Shown here: positions 36,186 through 46,020 of the stretch, piece after piece
Layout: each line of letters opens with the position of its first letter
How positions within the stretch are numbered: position 1 is the stretch's first letter
From: an uncultured Planctomycetia bacterium
GTDB lineage: Bacteria > Omnitrophota > Gorgyraeia > 1-14-0-20-64-10
Reading direction: 5' to 3'
Assembly (NCBI GenBank): GCA_964597545.1
Contig: CAZQXN010000012.1
Span: 1-54,943 of the forward strand
DNA: 54,943 nucleotides
Made by a program: the position numbers and the translations under genes
Notes under the pieces: generated by a model
The model's input: only the letters and a program-made list of their open reading frames with translations
Databases searched by the model: none
What the model was told of the DNA's origin: nothing

Positions 36186-37265
36186 TTAATTCGCAGGTGT
36201 TGTCTGTGTGACGTAAACCTGCTGCGTGGGATAGGCGAACTCGATGTTCTGTTTTTCAAATTCTTCTTTGATCCGAACGTTGATCGCCTGCTGAACATCC
36301 ATGTAGGTGTTGTAATCAGGGCTTAACACGTAGAAAACCACTTCAAAGATCAATGCAAAGTCACCGTACGCTTTAAAGTGCGCGCGGTCAAACCGGGCCA
36401 TCTTCTGCTCTTTGACCGTCCCTTCAAGAATCTTGGGGATCGCTTTGACTTGATCTGATGTCGTCTGGTAAATGACGCCCAGGGTAAACAATACGCGGCG
36501 CTGTTCCATGCGCTTGTAGTTTCGGATGCGCGAGTTGGTCAGATCCGTATTGGAGAAGACCAGCTGTTCCCCGCCCAAGGAACGGACACGGGTCGTCTTA
36601 AAACCCACATGCTCGACGGTTCCGAGCATCTCGCCCACAATGATGAAGTCGCCCACCTTAAAGGGTTTGTCCAGGAAGATACAGAAGGAGCTGAAGGCAT
36701 CCCCCAGAATCGCCTGAGCGGCCAAGGCCACCGCGATGCCGCCGATCCCCAAGCCGGCCACCACAGAGGTGATGTTGATCCCCAGGTTGTCCAGAACAAA
36801 GACCAGTCCACCCACCCAGAGCATGACCCGGACAATCTTGGATAGGTTCTGGGCCACCACGGCGCTGGTGGGATCTTCTGCTTCAAAACGCCCCACCCAC
36901 TTGCGCAGGAAGAAGGTGAAGATCTCTTCAAGGATCTGCACCACCTTGAAGGTGATGACCACCACAAAGAAAATTTGCAGGGCCCGTTCGATGCCTGCCG
37001 GCAGCGCCAGGGACCGTGTGGCCGCGTAGAGGGCAACTAAGACGTAAACGATGGGCCCCAAGTGCCGCAAGAGGCCAATCAGGAAATCATCAATGTCGGT
37101 GGCGGTCTTCTTGGCAAGGGCGTGGAGGCGGTTGATCACCACCAGCTTGATCACCTGAAGGAGGATGAGGGCAGCGACGAAGGTGCCGAGGGCGGTCAGG
37201 TAGTTCAACACCGTGTTGCCAAAATAGCTGGCGGAAACCCAAGCCGGAAGTTGATCTGGACTCAT
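36186..37265 (-). CDS. mscS: Small-conductance mechanosensitive channel
   Basis: AGLGIGGIAVALAAQ; DKPFKVGDFI; G.VE.VG..TT; FAYPTQ. Confidence 0.93.
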   Translation of the reverse strand: MSPDQLPAWVSASYFGNTVLNYLTALGTFVAALILLQVIKLVVINRLHALAKKTATDIDDFLIGLLRHLGPIVYVLVALYAATRSLALPAGIERALQIFFVVVITFKVVQILEEIFTFFLRKWVGRFEAEDPTSAVVAQNLSKIVRVMLWVGGLVFVLDNLGINITSVVAGLGIGGIAVALAAQAILGDAFSSFCIFLDKPFKVGDFIIVGEMLGTVEHVGFKTTRVRSLGGEQLVFSNTDLTNSRIRNYKRMEQRRVLFTLGVIYQTTSDQVKAIPKILEGTVKEQKMARFDRAHFKAYGDFALIFEVVFYVLSPDYNTYMDVQQAINVRIKEEFEKQNIEFAYPTQQVYVTQTTPAN

Positions 37266-37331
37266 GGTCTTATTGTACCCAATTTAGGGCGTAGATAACA
37301 CCTTGGGGATATCTATGGGTTATCTCAGTTC

Positions 37332-37748
37332 TTATGATTGAAGCTGGACGCGCTGGATGACCCGAAGGGGAATGCTCTTTAGGCTGGAATTGTTAGCTAC
37401 AATCTCAATCCCATAGTCCCCAAACCGTTCAAACTTTAAGTTGGCAAAATTCAAAACTGATAGGAATCCGCATTTCCGCCCCGGAGTCACCTCATGAGTT
37501 GCTCCCGGCTGTAAGTCTCCCCCTACCGCTGCTATTCGCCTCCCGTCTGCATCCATAATGCTGATTTCAAACCTGTGCTTTCTTCCAACCTCGGCTGGAG
37601 TAAACAAAAGCCTCATTACCAGGGACAGTCTTGGACAGACGGCTGGAGCAGCTGGTGCCCAAATGGTGTCAAAAGCCCCACCTTGAACATATACTTTTTT
37701 GTTCACAGCCTCCGCCGCATCCGCAAGAAATGCAAAATCAAGTTCCAT
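37332..37748 (-). CDS. Hypothetical beta-rich protein (DUF6941-like), third gene of the TA locus
   Basis: A.LAD.A....K....G.FD and L.F...G.Y patterns; TAATG coupling to the antitoxin. Confidence 0.7.
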   Translation of the reverse strand: MELDFAFLADAAEAVNKKVYVQGGAFDTIWAPAAPAVCPRLSLVMRLLFTPAEVGRKHRFEISIMDADGRRIAAVGGDLQPGATHEVTPGRKCGFLSVLNFANLKFERFGDYGIEIVANNSSLKSIPLRVIQRVQLQS

Positions 37749-38206
37749 TAGCCCACCTGCTCTTCCCGATCAACGGGGGCAATATGCCCTTCGGTAAATG
37801 GTACTTCAACATTCGGGTCTAATCTGAATCTCGGCTTTGCTTCAAACTCATCAGGAGAATTCTCCAGCCCTGTCTGCAGCCCGCACGAGGCAGCAAATAC
37901 GCTTCCTCTCATTAAGAGCTCCGATGCAAAACTCTCCAGATCCTTTCGAAATTCTTCCCTCAATAGCGACTCTGATAGATAAAGCTTGATAAGCTGCTGA
38001 TAGCCGATGTCCCCTCTCCGCGAAGCGACCTCTCGAAGTTGGCGAATCATTCCCATTGGGAGTCGAATCGAAATCAGCTTGGCTTCCCGTCTCTTGGCCG
38101 GCACATGAAGCGCCTGAGATTCATCAAAATCCTTCAGGGCATCTTCACCCTTTGAAATGAGCTCCCGATCTGCCTCTCGTTTGGGTGGCATCCTTTTTCT
38201 AACCAT
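37748..38206 (-). CDS. CopG/BrnA-like antitoxin with a long C-terminal extension
   Basis: ISIRLP......L...A.....YQ.LI RHH signature; start re-placed at ATG38206. Confidence 0.75.
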   Translation of the reverse strand: MVRKRMPPKREADRELISKGEDALKDFDESQALHVPAKRREAKLISIRLPMGMIRQLREVASRRGDIGYQQLIKLYLSESLLREEFRKDLESFASELLMRGSVFAASCGLQTGLENSPDEFEAKPRFRLDPNVEVPFTEGHIAPVDREEQVG

Positions 38207-38220
38207 GATCCATACCCCCT

Positions 38221-38514
38221 TTATTTGTCGTCCCAAGCGGTAATCGGTCGGACCCAATTAGCTCCCAGGTGCTGAACAATGATGACCAGCTTCCTCCCAC
38301 CATCCGTAACACCCCGCACTACGTATCGATCCCCATATCTCTTGGGCTGAGATCTCGCCCTTCTGTGAGGGATGACTGTGCGCACATTCTCGAAACATCC
38401 CTCAATCTCGAAGTCTCGAATCCCGTGTTTCCAGATCTCCTCTTCGTTTCCCTCGTCCCAATCAAAGACCGGATCGTCTCCCCACGGCTCAAACTTTAGA
38501 ACCACAGCGTACAC
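38221..38514 (-). CDS. BrnT-like (DUF497) toxin
   Basis: FDWD..N....KHG...E; RY...G.T..GR.L; RPITA. Confidence 0.8.
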   Translation of the reverse strand: MYAVVLKFEPWGDDPVFDWDEGNEEEIWKHGIRDFEIEGCFENVRTVIPHRRARSQPKRYGDRYVVRGVTDGGRKLVIIVQHLGANWVRPITAWDDK

Positions 38515-38724
38515 ATCCTTAAGTTGCCACTCCTATTATTGTATATACCACGTATCTATAGAAATTTCAAGTCCTTATCACCTAGAATATGCTTCTGCTA
38601 TAGAAAATTCCGCCAAATATGTAGACAATATTCTACTATCATCAACAGAAATCATCAAGTACTTTCAGGGGGTAGTCCGGCAGAAATTTAAACGGATGGT
38701 AACTTCTGTCTGCGGGGGTGCGAG

Positions 38725-39804
38725 TTAGTGGGAACCCAAGGTATTGATGCGGTGAATCATCTCGATGAGGCGCCCATAGCCGCGCCGGTTGAACTTAAAG
38801 ACCAAGCGGGACATTTGAACCAGCTCCGGTTCATCCCCCTGCTCTTCCATCTCTTCTGCCAGCGCCCCACGCTGATCAATGTGGCCCGAGGCCATGATGT
38901 CCTTAAATTCTTTGGAAAGGGTCTTGATGGCCTGTGTCGGCAGCGGGCGGTGAGTGCGCAACACCAGTTGATTCCCCACCGTGCGCATGGAGTGGTAGGT
39001 GCTGTAAAAACGCTTCAGGTATTGAGCGGCCTCTTCGGCAGAGTGCACCACTTCAAAGACGGACCGCTCATCGGTTGAGACCATTCCCCTGCGCACCATG
39101 TCCTGCCGCATGAATTGAATGAGCGGCTTCCAATAGCTGCGCTGATGGGGCAAATCCACGAAAAGGATGGGGCGAACTTCGGCCTTGCCGGTCTGGACCA
39201 GAGTAAGGGTTTCAAAACCCTCATCCAAGGTGCCGAATCCTCCGGGGAAGAGAACCGTTGCGTGCGACTCCTTAAGGAAGAGAAGCTTCCGGGTGAAGAA
39301 GTATTTGCAGCTGACCAATTTTTCGTCCCGCGCAATGACTGGGTTGGCCTCCTGTTCAAAGGGCAGACGAATGTTCAAGCCGAAGCTGGCTTCACGGCCG
39401 GCCCCTTCATGCCCGGCCTTCATGATGCCGCTTGCGGCCCCGGTAATGACCATCCAATGGGCCTGCGCCATGAGGGAGCCGAAGCGCTCAGCCATGGCAT
39501 AGGCCGGTTGATTACGGGTGGTCCGGGCCGATCCAAAGATCGCCACCTTGCGAACATGGCGATAGGGCTGAAAGACCTGAAAGGCATACCGAAGCTCCTT
39601 GAGCGCGGAGTTGAGGATCTTTAGATCCAGCGTGGAGGCGTGGTCTAGCCCTAAGCGGTAGACAGAGCTGACCATCTCTGAGAGCAGGGTCCGGTCAAAA
39701 TCATCTTCAAAAGGCGCAAGCAGTTGGGCAATCTGCGCATCTGCCTGAGGTGTCCCGGTGGTGTAGCGGCGCGTGGGTGTTCGTCTGGAGCTGGATCGTT
39801 TCAT
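38725..39804 (-). CDS. LOG-family (TIGR00730-like) nucleotide phosphoribohydrolase, long form
   Basis: FGSAR; ITGA..GIM; LPFEQ; YFFTRK; PGGFGTLDE. Confidence 0.9.
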   Translation of the reverse strand: MKRSSSRRTPTRRYTTGTPQADAQIAQLLAPFEDDFDRTLLSEMVSSVYRLGLDHASTLDLKILNSALKELRYAFQVFQPYRHVRKVAIFGSARTTRNQPAYAMAERFGSLMAQAHWMVITGAASGIMKAGHEGAGREASFGLNIRLPFEQEANPVIARDEKLVSCKYFFTRKLLFLKESHATVLFPGGFGTLDEGFETLTLVQTGKAEVRPILFVDLPHQRSYWKPLIQFMRQDMVRRGMVSTDERSVFEVVHSAEEAAQYLKRFYSTYHSMRTVGNQLVLRTHRPLPTQAIKTLSKEFKDIMASGHIDQRGALAEEMEEQGDEPELVQMSRLVFKFNRRGYGRLIEMIHRINTLGSH

Positions 39805-39868
39805 GGATTTGTGCCTAACAGCTTACCTCATTTTAGGTACCGGGTACATGGGTACCGGGACCATCGGT

Positions 39869-40519
39869 CTACCACCCCTTGCGAATGGCCACATCCAGCA
39901 GGGCCTTGAGGTCAGGGACCAGGCAGTCTGGATGGAGGGCGCGAAGTTCGTCCTCGCTTACAAATCCGTGCGCAACACAGGCGGTCATGACGCCGGCCCT
40001 GCGACCGGTCTCAATGTCAATGGGGCTGTCCCCCACCCAAAGGGTCTCCTGAGGGGATACGCCCACTTGCTTCATGAGCGCCAGTAAGGCAGTCGGATCC
40101 GGTTTCCTGGGATATAGCGACTCCCCGGCCACAATCTCAAAGAAGAAATCGGCCACGCCGAGTGCGGCGAGGATCTCCTTGGAATAAGGATTGGGCTTGT
40201 TGGTGATAACCGCCTGGTGCTGTTCTTGGAAGTGGGTGAGAAATTCTCGGGCAGCGGGGTAAAGCTGGGTGTGATCCAGCATGTGTGCCCGGTAATGCTC
40301 GCGATAGATCTGCATCCCTTGATCCACCCGCTTGGGATCTTGGGTATTGAGAGAGCGTTCGATGAGCACGCGCAGCCCCATTCCGACACCGCGGCAAATT
40401 TCTTTTTGAGGCAGGGCGTCAAGCCCCAGTTTCAAGCGCATGTGGTTGGCAGCCTCTGCAATATCCTGCCGGGTATCCACGAGGGTGCCGTCCAGATCGT
40501 AGGCAATCAAGCGCTTCAT
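39869..40519 (-). CDS. gph: HAD-family phosphatase (phosphoglycolate phosphatase-like)
   Basis: DLDGTLVD; TNK; KPDP; VGDS..D. Confidence 0.8.
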   Translation of the reverse strand: MKRLIAYDLDGTLVDTRQDIAEAANHMRLKLGLDALPQKEICRGVGMGLRVLIERSLNTQDPKRVDQGMQIYREHYRAHMLDHTQLYPAAREFLTHFQEQHQAVITNKPNPYSKEILAALGVADFFFEIVAGESLYPRKPDPTALLALMKQVGVSPQETLWVGDSPIDIETGRRAGVMTACVAHGFVSEDELRALHPDCLVPDLKALLDVAIRKGW

Positions 40520-40579
40520 GGCAAGGGCATTAAGAGAGGGGGGTGAGTGTGAAGCAAGCGCGCTCCATAAGCCGCGTGC

Positions 40580-42268
40580 TCATTGAAAGTAAGCGTTGAG
40601 GATATACTGCTGCATCATGCGCTGCGTGTTGAAGTAGGAGCCGTTGAGTGCGATGGTTTGGCGCATAATGTTAATGTACTCCTCCCGTTTCTGGTAATAG
40701 AGTGGAAGGATCACAGCTTCAAGCTTCTGATAGAGTGAGGCGGCGTCCTCTTTTCTTCGATCCCGCTCCTCTAAGGCAGGAGAGGCATCCGGGCCGATGG
40801 CCCAGCCGGTCACGCCCTCTAAGTGCCCCTCGACCCACCAACCGTCCAGAACGCTTAAGGAAGGGACCCCATTGAGGGCGGCCTTCATGCCGCTGGTCCC
40901 AGAAGCCTCCAGGGGGGGCTGGGGGGTGCTCAACCAAAGATCTACACCTGACGTCATCAGCTTGCCCAGCGCCATGCCGTAATTCTCTAAGAAGGCAACC
41001 TTGATCTCTGCGCCCAAGGCCCTGCCGGCTTGAACAAGTCGGTGGATGGTCTCCTTGCCCCCTTGATCATGGGGATGGGCCTTGCCGCCCAAGATCACTT
41101 GGAGCGGACGCTCCGATGAGACAATGCGCTTGAGGCGCTTAAGATCCTCAAAGATCAGGTCCAGCCGCTTGTAGGCAGTGGCCCGCCGGGCAAAACCGAT
41201 GGTAAAGACTTCTTTGTCCATCGCAATGCCGGTCAGTGTCTTGACCTCGTCAAGCAGCGCTGTCTTGGCAGCGATGTGGGCTGCCCAAAGCTCCCCCTGT
41301 GGAATCAGGAGTGCGTAACGCAGATCAAAATTGTCCTCTTTCCAATCGGGGATGTGTCGGTCGTAGAGGGCCTGGATGGAGGGAGCAGTCCAGGTGGGCA
41401 CATGTACGCCGTTGGTGACCGACTCCACCGGGCGCTTGAACATGGAGCGGCAGACATCTCTGTGGCGTTCGGAGACGCCGCTGACGTAATGGCTGAAGCT
41501 GCTGGCGATGTGGGTGAGATCCAGCTCCCCCTCCCAGCAGAAGAGGTCCTGCATGATGCCGATCTCCTGGCGGCCCAACACCCGATCCACCAGATCCATG
41601 GGAAAGCGATCGTGCCCTGCTGAAACCGGTGTGTGGGTGGTAAAGACACACTTGCTGCGGACTGCCTCCACCTCCTCCTGCGTAAAGGTGCTCTTGCCGG
41701 CTTTGCGGGCCTGACCATCCAGCAGAGCCAGCGTCAGAAGGCTGGCATGGCCCTCGTTCATGTGAAAGTGGGTCAACCCTTCATATCCCAAGACACGCAG
41801 CATACGGATGCCGCCGATGCCGAAGATGGCCTCCTGGCAGAGGCGGTAGGTGATATCTCCTCCATAAAGATGATGGGTCAGCGTTCTGTCGGCCTCGCTG
41901 TTCTCCGGAAGATCGGTGTCTAAGAAATAAACCGGCACCTTGAAGCCGCCAATCCCAACCACCTCGTACCGCCATGACCGAAGATAGACGGTTCTGCCCT
42001 CCAGCTCAACCGAGGCGCGCTGCTTCATCTCCTGAAGATAGGAGCGGGGGTCCCACTCCACCGGCTCTTCCTGTTGGCGCCCTTCGGAATCGATCCGCTG
42101 GGTGAAGTACCCTTTGCGGTGCAGCAGGGTGACGACCACCATTGGAACCTTGAGGTCTGCGGCGGTGCGGGCCACATCCCCGGCCAGAACCCCTAACCCA
42201 CCGCTGTAGGTCGGGACCGCCGGGTCGATGGCAACCTCCATAGAGAAATAGGCGATTTCTCGGATCAC
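40580..42268 (-). CDS. glgP: Alpha-glucan phosphorylase
   Basis: YFSME; [11 protein letters not shown]; HMNEGH; TNGVH; FARR...YKR; [14 protein letters not shown]. Confidence 0.95.
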   Translation of the reverse strand: MIREIAYFSMEVAIDPAVPTYSGGLGVLAGDVARTAADLKVPMVVVTLLHRKGYFTQRIDSEGRQQEEPVEWDPRSYLQEMKQRASVELEGRTVYLRSWRYEVVGIGGFKVPVYFLDTDLPENSEADRTLTHHLYGGDITYRLCQEAIFGIGGIRMLRVLGYEGLTHFHMNEGHASLLTLALLDGQARKAGKSTFTQEEVEAVRSKCVFTTHTPVSAGHDRFPMDLVDRVLGRQEIGIMQDLFCWEGELDLTHIASSFSHYVSGVSERHRDVCRSMFKRPVESVTNGVHVPTWTAPSIQALYDRHIPDWKEDNFDLRYALLIPQGELWAAHIAAKTALLDEVKTLTGIAMDKEVFTIGFARRATAYKRLDLIFEDLKRLKRIVSSERPLQVILGGKAHPHDQGGKETIHRLVQAGRALGAEIKVAFLENYGMALGKLMTSGVDLWLSTPQPPLEASGTSGMKAALNGVPSLSVLDGWWVEGHLEGVTGWAIGPDASPALEERDRRKEDAASLYQKLEAVILPLYYQKREEYINIMRQTIALNGSYFNTQRMMQQYILNAYFQ

Positions 42269-42305
42269 CGCACCACCGGTAGATGCCCTGAATTGGAAGG
42301 GGCGC

Positions 42306-43214
42306 TCATTGTGAGGCTCTTGTCAGCTGCTCAAGGGCCTGAAGGTACTTTTGGCTGGTCTTGGCGGCAATCTCCTTAGGCAGCTCCGGTGCCGGTGGGG
42401 TCTTGTCCCAGGAGATACCTTCTAAGTAATCCCGGACAAACTGCTTGTCGAAACTGACTTGCGCCCGGCCCGGTTCATACAGCTCCTGCGGCCAGAAGCG
42501 GGAGGAATCCGGAGTGAGCACTTCATCCACCAGCATCATTTGGTCGCCCCGGCGCGCGAATTCAAACTTGGTGTCCGCGATGATGATCCCCCGGGACGCG
42601 GCATAATCTCGCGCTATGGTGTAAAGCTGGATGCTGACAGACTTAAGCTGATCGGTTAACGCCTGGCCAACCTGACGGGCCATCTCCTCTTGAGAGATAT
42701 TCATGTCGTGGCCGGTCTCCGCCTTGGTGGCCGGGGTGAAGATCGGCTCCGGGAGCTGAGCAGATTCCTTCAGGTTCTCCGGCAATCGGATGCCGCAGAC
42801 CGATTGGTTTTGTTTGTACTCCTTCCAGCCGGAACCGGACAGATAGCCGCGCACCACGCACTCGATCGGGACGACCTCCCCCTTCTCAACCAGCATGGAG
42901 CGGCCCGCTAAGATTTCTCGATGGGGCGCCAGGGCGGGATGGCTTTTAAGAATGTTGTCGATGTCGGCACTGACAAAGTGGGAGGGGGTAATGGACTGAA
43001 TTCTCCCAAACCAGAAGGCCGACAGCTGCGTTAAGACCTCTCCCTTGCGCGGAATGGCAGTCGGAATCACTACATCAAAGGCAGAGATGCGGTCGGTCGC
43101 CACAATCAAGAGGTGCGGCCCTAAATCGTAGACATCCCGAACCTTTCCCTTCTTGAAGAGTTTCAGACCCTTGAGGTTGGTTTCCAGAACGGTTGCAGAA
43201 CTCATGTGAGACAC
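42306..43214 (-). CDS. purC: SAICAR synthetase
   Basis: GKVRDVY; DRISAFD; ECVVRGY; ADTKFEF; [12 protein letters not shown]; DKQ. Confidence 0.97.
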   Translation of the reverse strand: MSHMSSATVLETNLKGLKLFKKGKVRDVYDLGPHLLIVATDRISAFDVVIPTAIPRKGEVLTQLSAFWFGRIQSITPSHFVSADIDNILKSHPALAPHREILAGRSMLVEKGEVVPIECVVRGYLSGSGWKEYKQNQSVCGIRLPENLKESAQLPEPIFTPATKAETGHDMNISQEEMARQVGQALTDQLKSVSIQLYTIARDYAASRGIIIADTKFEFARRGDQMMLVDEVLTPDSSRFWPQELYEPGRAQVSFDKQFVRDYLEGISWDKTPPAPELPKEIAAKTSQKYLQALEQLTRASQ

Positions 43215-44146
43215 CAGCTCCTCTTGTTTTCTTGAATTAACTCCGTCAACAGCGTAACAAAATCCGGATGATCCATTACGGTTTTTGCCCTTAAGAATTG
43301 CAGCCCCTGGGATTGCGCCCGCTGCCGCGCCTCAATGTCCAGATCGTAGAGCACCTCCATGTGGTCAAAGAGAAAACCGATCGGAACCAGCAGGGCAGTC
43401 TCTTTGCCGTCCTCTTTAAGCCCATGGATCGCCGCCTCCACATCGGGGGCAAGCCATCGTTCGCCAGCCCCTCCGCCTCGCGACTGATAGGCGGTGGTCC
43501 AATCCTGAATGCCCAGGGCCTCGGCAACCTTGGCCGAGGAGGTTTGAATCTCCTGTGCATAGCCGCAGCGGGCCGCCATCGCTTCCGGAATGGAATGGGC
43601 TGCGAAGATGACCCGGACCCCCTGGCGCTGATCTGGGGCGATGCACCTTAAGATTTTACCTGTTTCCTCGGCCTGTGCCTGAATAAAAAGGGGGTGGTCA
43701 AACCAGGGCCCTAAAATCTCGTATTCAATGGCGTCTGCGCCGCCTTGGGCCTGGGCAGCTTCGAGGGCAGCCAAGGCGCGGTTGAAGTTGGCCTCACAGC
43801 GATGCGGAGCCAAAACCACGGCCAAGCCGCGCTTAAGCCCCTGGGCTCTTATTTGCGGCAGGAGATCCTTTAAGAAGGGGTGCCACTGCCACATGCCCAG
43901 GAAAAGAGGGAGTGTAAGACCCACAGAATCCAGCCGAGCCTTCAGCCGTTCTGACAACCGAACGGCATGCGACAGATAAGGGGAGGCACCGCCAATCTGG
44001 GCGTAGCGGTCTTCCGCTTGCTTGAGGCGCTGCTCCGGAATCGGTGTGCCGCGACCCATGGCTTTCAGGAAAGGGGTAACCGCTTCAGGACGCTCGGGGC
44101 CGCCGAAGCCAATCAGCAGGATATGATCAAACTGCTGCGGCATCAC
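43202..44146 (-). CDS. hemH: Ferrochelatase (probably coproporphyrin/CpfC-like)
   Basis: FGGPE; IGG.SP; AHSIP; YQSR; WL.PD; GF..DHMEVLYDLD. Confidence 0.92.
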   Translation of the reverse strand: MMPQQFDHILLIGFGGPERPEAVTPFLKAMGRGTPIPEQRLKQAEDRYAQIGGASPYLSHAVRLSERLKARLDSVGLTLPLFLGMWQWHPFLKDLLPQIRAQGLKRGLAVVLAPHRCEANFNRALAALEAAQAQGGADAIEYEILGPWFDHPLFIQAQAEETGKILRCIAPDQRQGVRVIFAAHSIPEAMAARCGYAQEIQTSSAKVAEALGIQDWTTAYQSRGGGAGERWLAPDVEAAIHGLKEDGKETALLVPIGFLFDHMEVLYDLDIEARQRAQSQGLQFLRAKTVMDHPDFVTLLTELIQENKRSWCLT

Positions 44147-45218
44147 AGGCGGGCTTCCCCTTGCAGCGACTGAACCGATGGATGGTCTCGATCAAGCAGG
44201 AGACATGGTCGAGGGGGGTGTTGGGAAGGATCCCCCGCCCTAAGTTAAAGATGTGGCCCGCGCGCCCACCGGCCTCGATTAAGATCTGCTCGGTCTGGGC
44301 TCGAATGGCCCGTGGATTGGAGCAGAGGGTTTCTGGATTAAGATTGCCTTGGATGCCGATGTGGCGGCCGATGCGCCCCCAGGCAGAATTGAGTGGTTCC
44401 TGATGATCAATCCCAACCACATCGGCCTGGGCCTTGGCAAAATGCTCCAGGAAGGGACCGGTGCCAGTCCCAAAATGGATGATCGGCACCCCTCGGGTAA
44501 CCCCCTGAATCAGCGTGCGGCTGTGCGGCAGGACGCAGCGCTCGTACTCAGAGGGACTGAGGCATCCCACCCAGGTATCAAAGATCTGGACCGCATCCAC
44601 TCCAGCTGCGATCTGGGCATTGAGCAGGAGGGTCAGCCCTCGAGTCAGCTTCTCCATCAAAGCGTCCCAGGCGCTTGAGTCGGCGCCCAAGAACTCTTTG
44701 GTGCGCGCAAAGGTCTTGGAACCACCCCCTTCCAGGAGATAGGCAGCCAGGGTAAAGGGGGCTGCACAGAAGCCGATTAACGGGATCTTGGCGTCCAGGG
44801 TGCGCCGGGCAAGCTTCACCCCTTCCAAGACAAAGGAAAGGCTCTCTTCGGGTTGAAGGTCGCGCAGACGGTCCACATCGTCAGCAGAATGGAGTCTGCC
44901 TTTGAGGGTGGGGCCTTTGTCGCCGTAGGCAAGAGCAAACCCCATGGGCTCTGCCACCAAGAGGATGTCGGAGAAAAGAATCGCTGCATCCAACCGAAAG
45001 CGCTTTAGGGGCATGGCCGTCACCTCGGCAATCACCGCCTTGTCCTTGCACAGGGTCAGGAAATCGAGGCGACTGCGCAGGGCACGATATTCTGGAAGAT
45101 AGCGGCCGGCCTGACGCATGAGCCACACTGGGGTGCGCTCGGTGGGTTGTTTCCGGCAGGCCCTTAAGAAGAGGCTCTCCTGGCGAGCGGCTGGGTCGGC
45201 TGTGTTAGGGAGACTCAA
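44127..45218 (-). CDS. hemE: Uroporphyrinogen decarboxylase
   Basis: PVWLMRQAGRYLPEY; FSDIL; PLIGF..APFTL; QGNL.P; start re-placed at TTG45218 after AGGAG. Confidence 0.93.
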   Translation of the reverse strand: MSLPNTADPAARQESLFLRACRKQPTERTPVWLMRQAGRYLPEYRALRSRLDFLTLCKDKAVIAEVTAMPLKRFRLDAAILFSDILLVAEPMGFALAYGDKGPTLKGRLHSADDVDRLRDLQPEESLSFVLEGVKLARRTLDAKIPLIGFCAAPFTLAAYLLEGGGSKTFARTKEFLGADSSAWDALMEKLTRGLTLLLNAQIAAGVDAVQIFDTWVGCLSPSEYERCVLPHSRTLIQGVTRGVPIIHFGTGTGPFLEHFAKAQADVVGIDHQEPLNSAWGRIGRHIGIQGNLNPETLCSNPRAIRAQTEQILIEAGGRAGHIFNLGRGILPNTPLDHVSCLIETIHRFSRCKGKPACDAAAV

Positions 45219-45987
45219 TGGAGCGCTCCTGAGCCTTTCCGGTGGATGTGCGCACAAAGTCCACGAGGGTTTTAAAATAAGGCTCTCCCCCCGCTATGTA
45301 GGTGTCGTTGTGGTCAGCGCCGGCGATTCTGTAAAAGGCCTTAGGTTCCTGAGCAGCCTGGTAAACGGTTTCACCCAAATCAAAGGGAATAACGGTATCT
45401 TGATCACCGTGCAGCACCAGAACAGGTACCTGAATTGCTTTAAGTCGACGGGCCAGATCAAACCGGGACTTCAGCATCAGTTCAACCGGCAGTCCACCCA
45501 ACAGCCGCCTGGCCACTGCCTTCACCGAGGGAAAGGGGCTCTCCAAGATGAGCCCGGCAACCGGCTGAGAGCGGGCCAGCTCTCCGGCAACCGCGGCCCC
45601 CAAGGATCGGCCATAAGCGATGATTCGGTGCGGCGGGATCTTCCGCTCAGAGGTCAGGTACGCCCAAGCCGCCTGCACATCCAGGTATAATCCGGTTTCG
45701 TCGGGAGCCCCTTCGCTCTGACCGTATCCCCGGTAATCAAAGATAAGGGTGGAGAGACCCCGGCGGTGGAGTTCGACTAAGTTGTCCAGCCGCGCAATTA
45801 CATTGCCTGCATTGCCGTGGCACCAGAGGAGCACCCCGGGGGAATCGGGTGCTTCCACATACCAAGCAAAGAGGCGAAGGCCGTCTTGGGTCTTGAGCCA
45901 CACCTCCTCTAAGGGCAGACCGCTCCCCTGGCCCCATGCCCCCTCCTGCCAGGGCTCGGGAAAGAATACGTATTGGCGATCCAACAT
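45205..45987 (-). CDS. Alpha/beta hydrolase (YfhR/BEM46-like)
   Basis: HGNAGN; DYRGYG.S.G.P; GRSLG; HG..D; HND. Confidence 0.9.
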   Translation of the reverse strand: MLDRQYVFFPEPWQEGAWGQGSGLPLEEVWLKTQDGLRLFAWYVEAPDSPGVLLWCHGNAGNVIARLDNLVELHRRGLSTLIFDYRGYGQSEGAPDETGLYLDVQAAWAYLTSERKIPPHRIIAYGRSLGAAVAGELARSQPVAGLILESPFPSVKAVARRLLGGLPVELMLKSRFDLARRLKAIQVPVLVLHGDQDTVIPFDLGETVYQAAQEPKAFYRIAGADHNDTYIAGGEPYFKTLVDFVRTSTGKAQERSIESP

Positions 45988-46020
45988 GATGACCTCTTCT
46001 GCGTTAGTGGTCGGCCCCGA

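Noticed and set aside
37266-37331. c-di-AMP (ydaO) riboswitch upstream of mscS or the trehalose genes
   Set aside because: Gaps are too short and no ydaO consensus was seen by eye
38372-38728. 118-aa plus-strand ORF over the AT-rich gap
   Set aside because: Overlaps the toxin antisense, has atypical composition and no SD; more likely promoter DNA
39836-39859. GGTACCGGG direct repeat between gph and the LOG gene
   Set aside because: Only 9 bp in two copies; not enough to call a site
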